Positions 63,650-64,000 of a stretch of 64,000 nucleotides of DNA are shown piece by piece. The number at the start of each line of letters is the position of its first letter. Within the stretch, counting starts at the first letter, position 1. Both the position numbers and the translations under genes were made by a program. The stretch comes from Heterodontus francisci (Eukaryota): contig NC_090399.1 in NCBI RefSeq assembly GCF_036365525.1, positions 18,665,408-18,729,407 on the forward strand, given 5' to 3'. Below the pieces are notes generated by a model. The model saw only the letters and a list, made by a program, of their open reading frames with translations, had not been told where the DNA came from and ran no database searches.

Positions 63650-64000
63650 GAGAAAAAAACAATATAGCACAACGACTATATATCTGATAAAAATAGAGAA
63701 TGTTGAAAACACTCTGCAGGTCAGGCAGCATCTGTGGATCGAGAAAAAGAGTTAATGCTTCAGGCTAATAAATTTTCATCAGAACTGGAAGATATTAGAG
63801 GTTAACAGTTTTAAACAAAAGATCGTGCCAGTGAAAAGTAGGGTATAGCAGGAGGAGTGGCAGGAGCAGGCACAGGAGTGATTCAATGATAAAAGGGATG
63901 ATGGTTCAAGTGTGCCAGGCGAGTGGCACAGTTAAAGAAACAGAGAGAAACAGAGGATGGGTCCAAAGGAAGTGTAAATGATGACAGCAGAATAACAGAG
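63650..64000 (-). mobile_element. Penelope-like terminal fragment, paralogous to 11480-11725 plus 15846-15950
   Basis: Reverse-complement match including gaatgttgaaaacactc.gcaggtcaggcagcatctgtgg and gtgattcaatga.aaaagggatga. Confidence 0.6.

Noticed and set aside
60148-64000. Exon 1 of gene C within the window
   Set aside because: No ...GVP-G/gt exon was found on the minus strand, and the interval is explained by MITE, CR1 and Penelope-like sequence. Whether gene C is complete cannot be judged here.

Overview
Vertebrate genomic DNA, most likely from a cartilaginous fish, judged from the V-SINE, DeuSINE, CR1 and Harbinger repeat families and the receptor type. The window holds a cluster of three paralogous two-exon class A GPCR genes of the GPR139/GPR142-like group. 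Gene A (+) has exon 1 at 7038-7107 and exon 2 at 20577-21487. Gene B (-) has exon 1 at 50765-50831 and exon 2 at 48633-49543. Gene C (-) has exon 2 at 59237-60147; its exon 1 was not found and probably lies beyond the window. All three second exons are exactly 911 nt, open and indel-free, and their differences fall heavily on predicted ligand-pocket positions. Genes A and B have strongly divergent first exons and 5' intron halves. Most of the rest is nested transposons (CR1 and L2 LINEs, SINEs, two PIF/Harbinger elements plus MITEs, a hAT element, a Gmr1-like and a conventional Gypsy element, Penelope-like ends with hammerhead-like motifs) and tandem arrays. There are also two decayed immune-type relics: a B30.2/PRY-SPRY exon and a probable Ig V-set exon. 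Everything was read by eye with no database searches, and repeat boundaries are approximate unless TIRs or TSDs are quoted.
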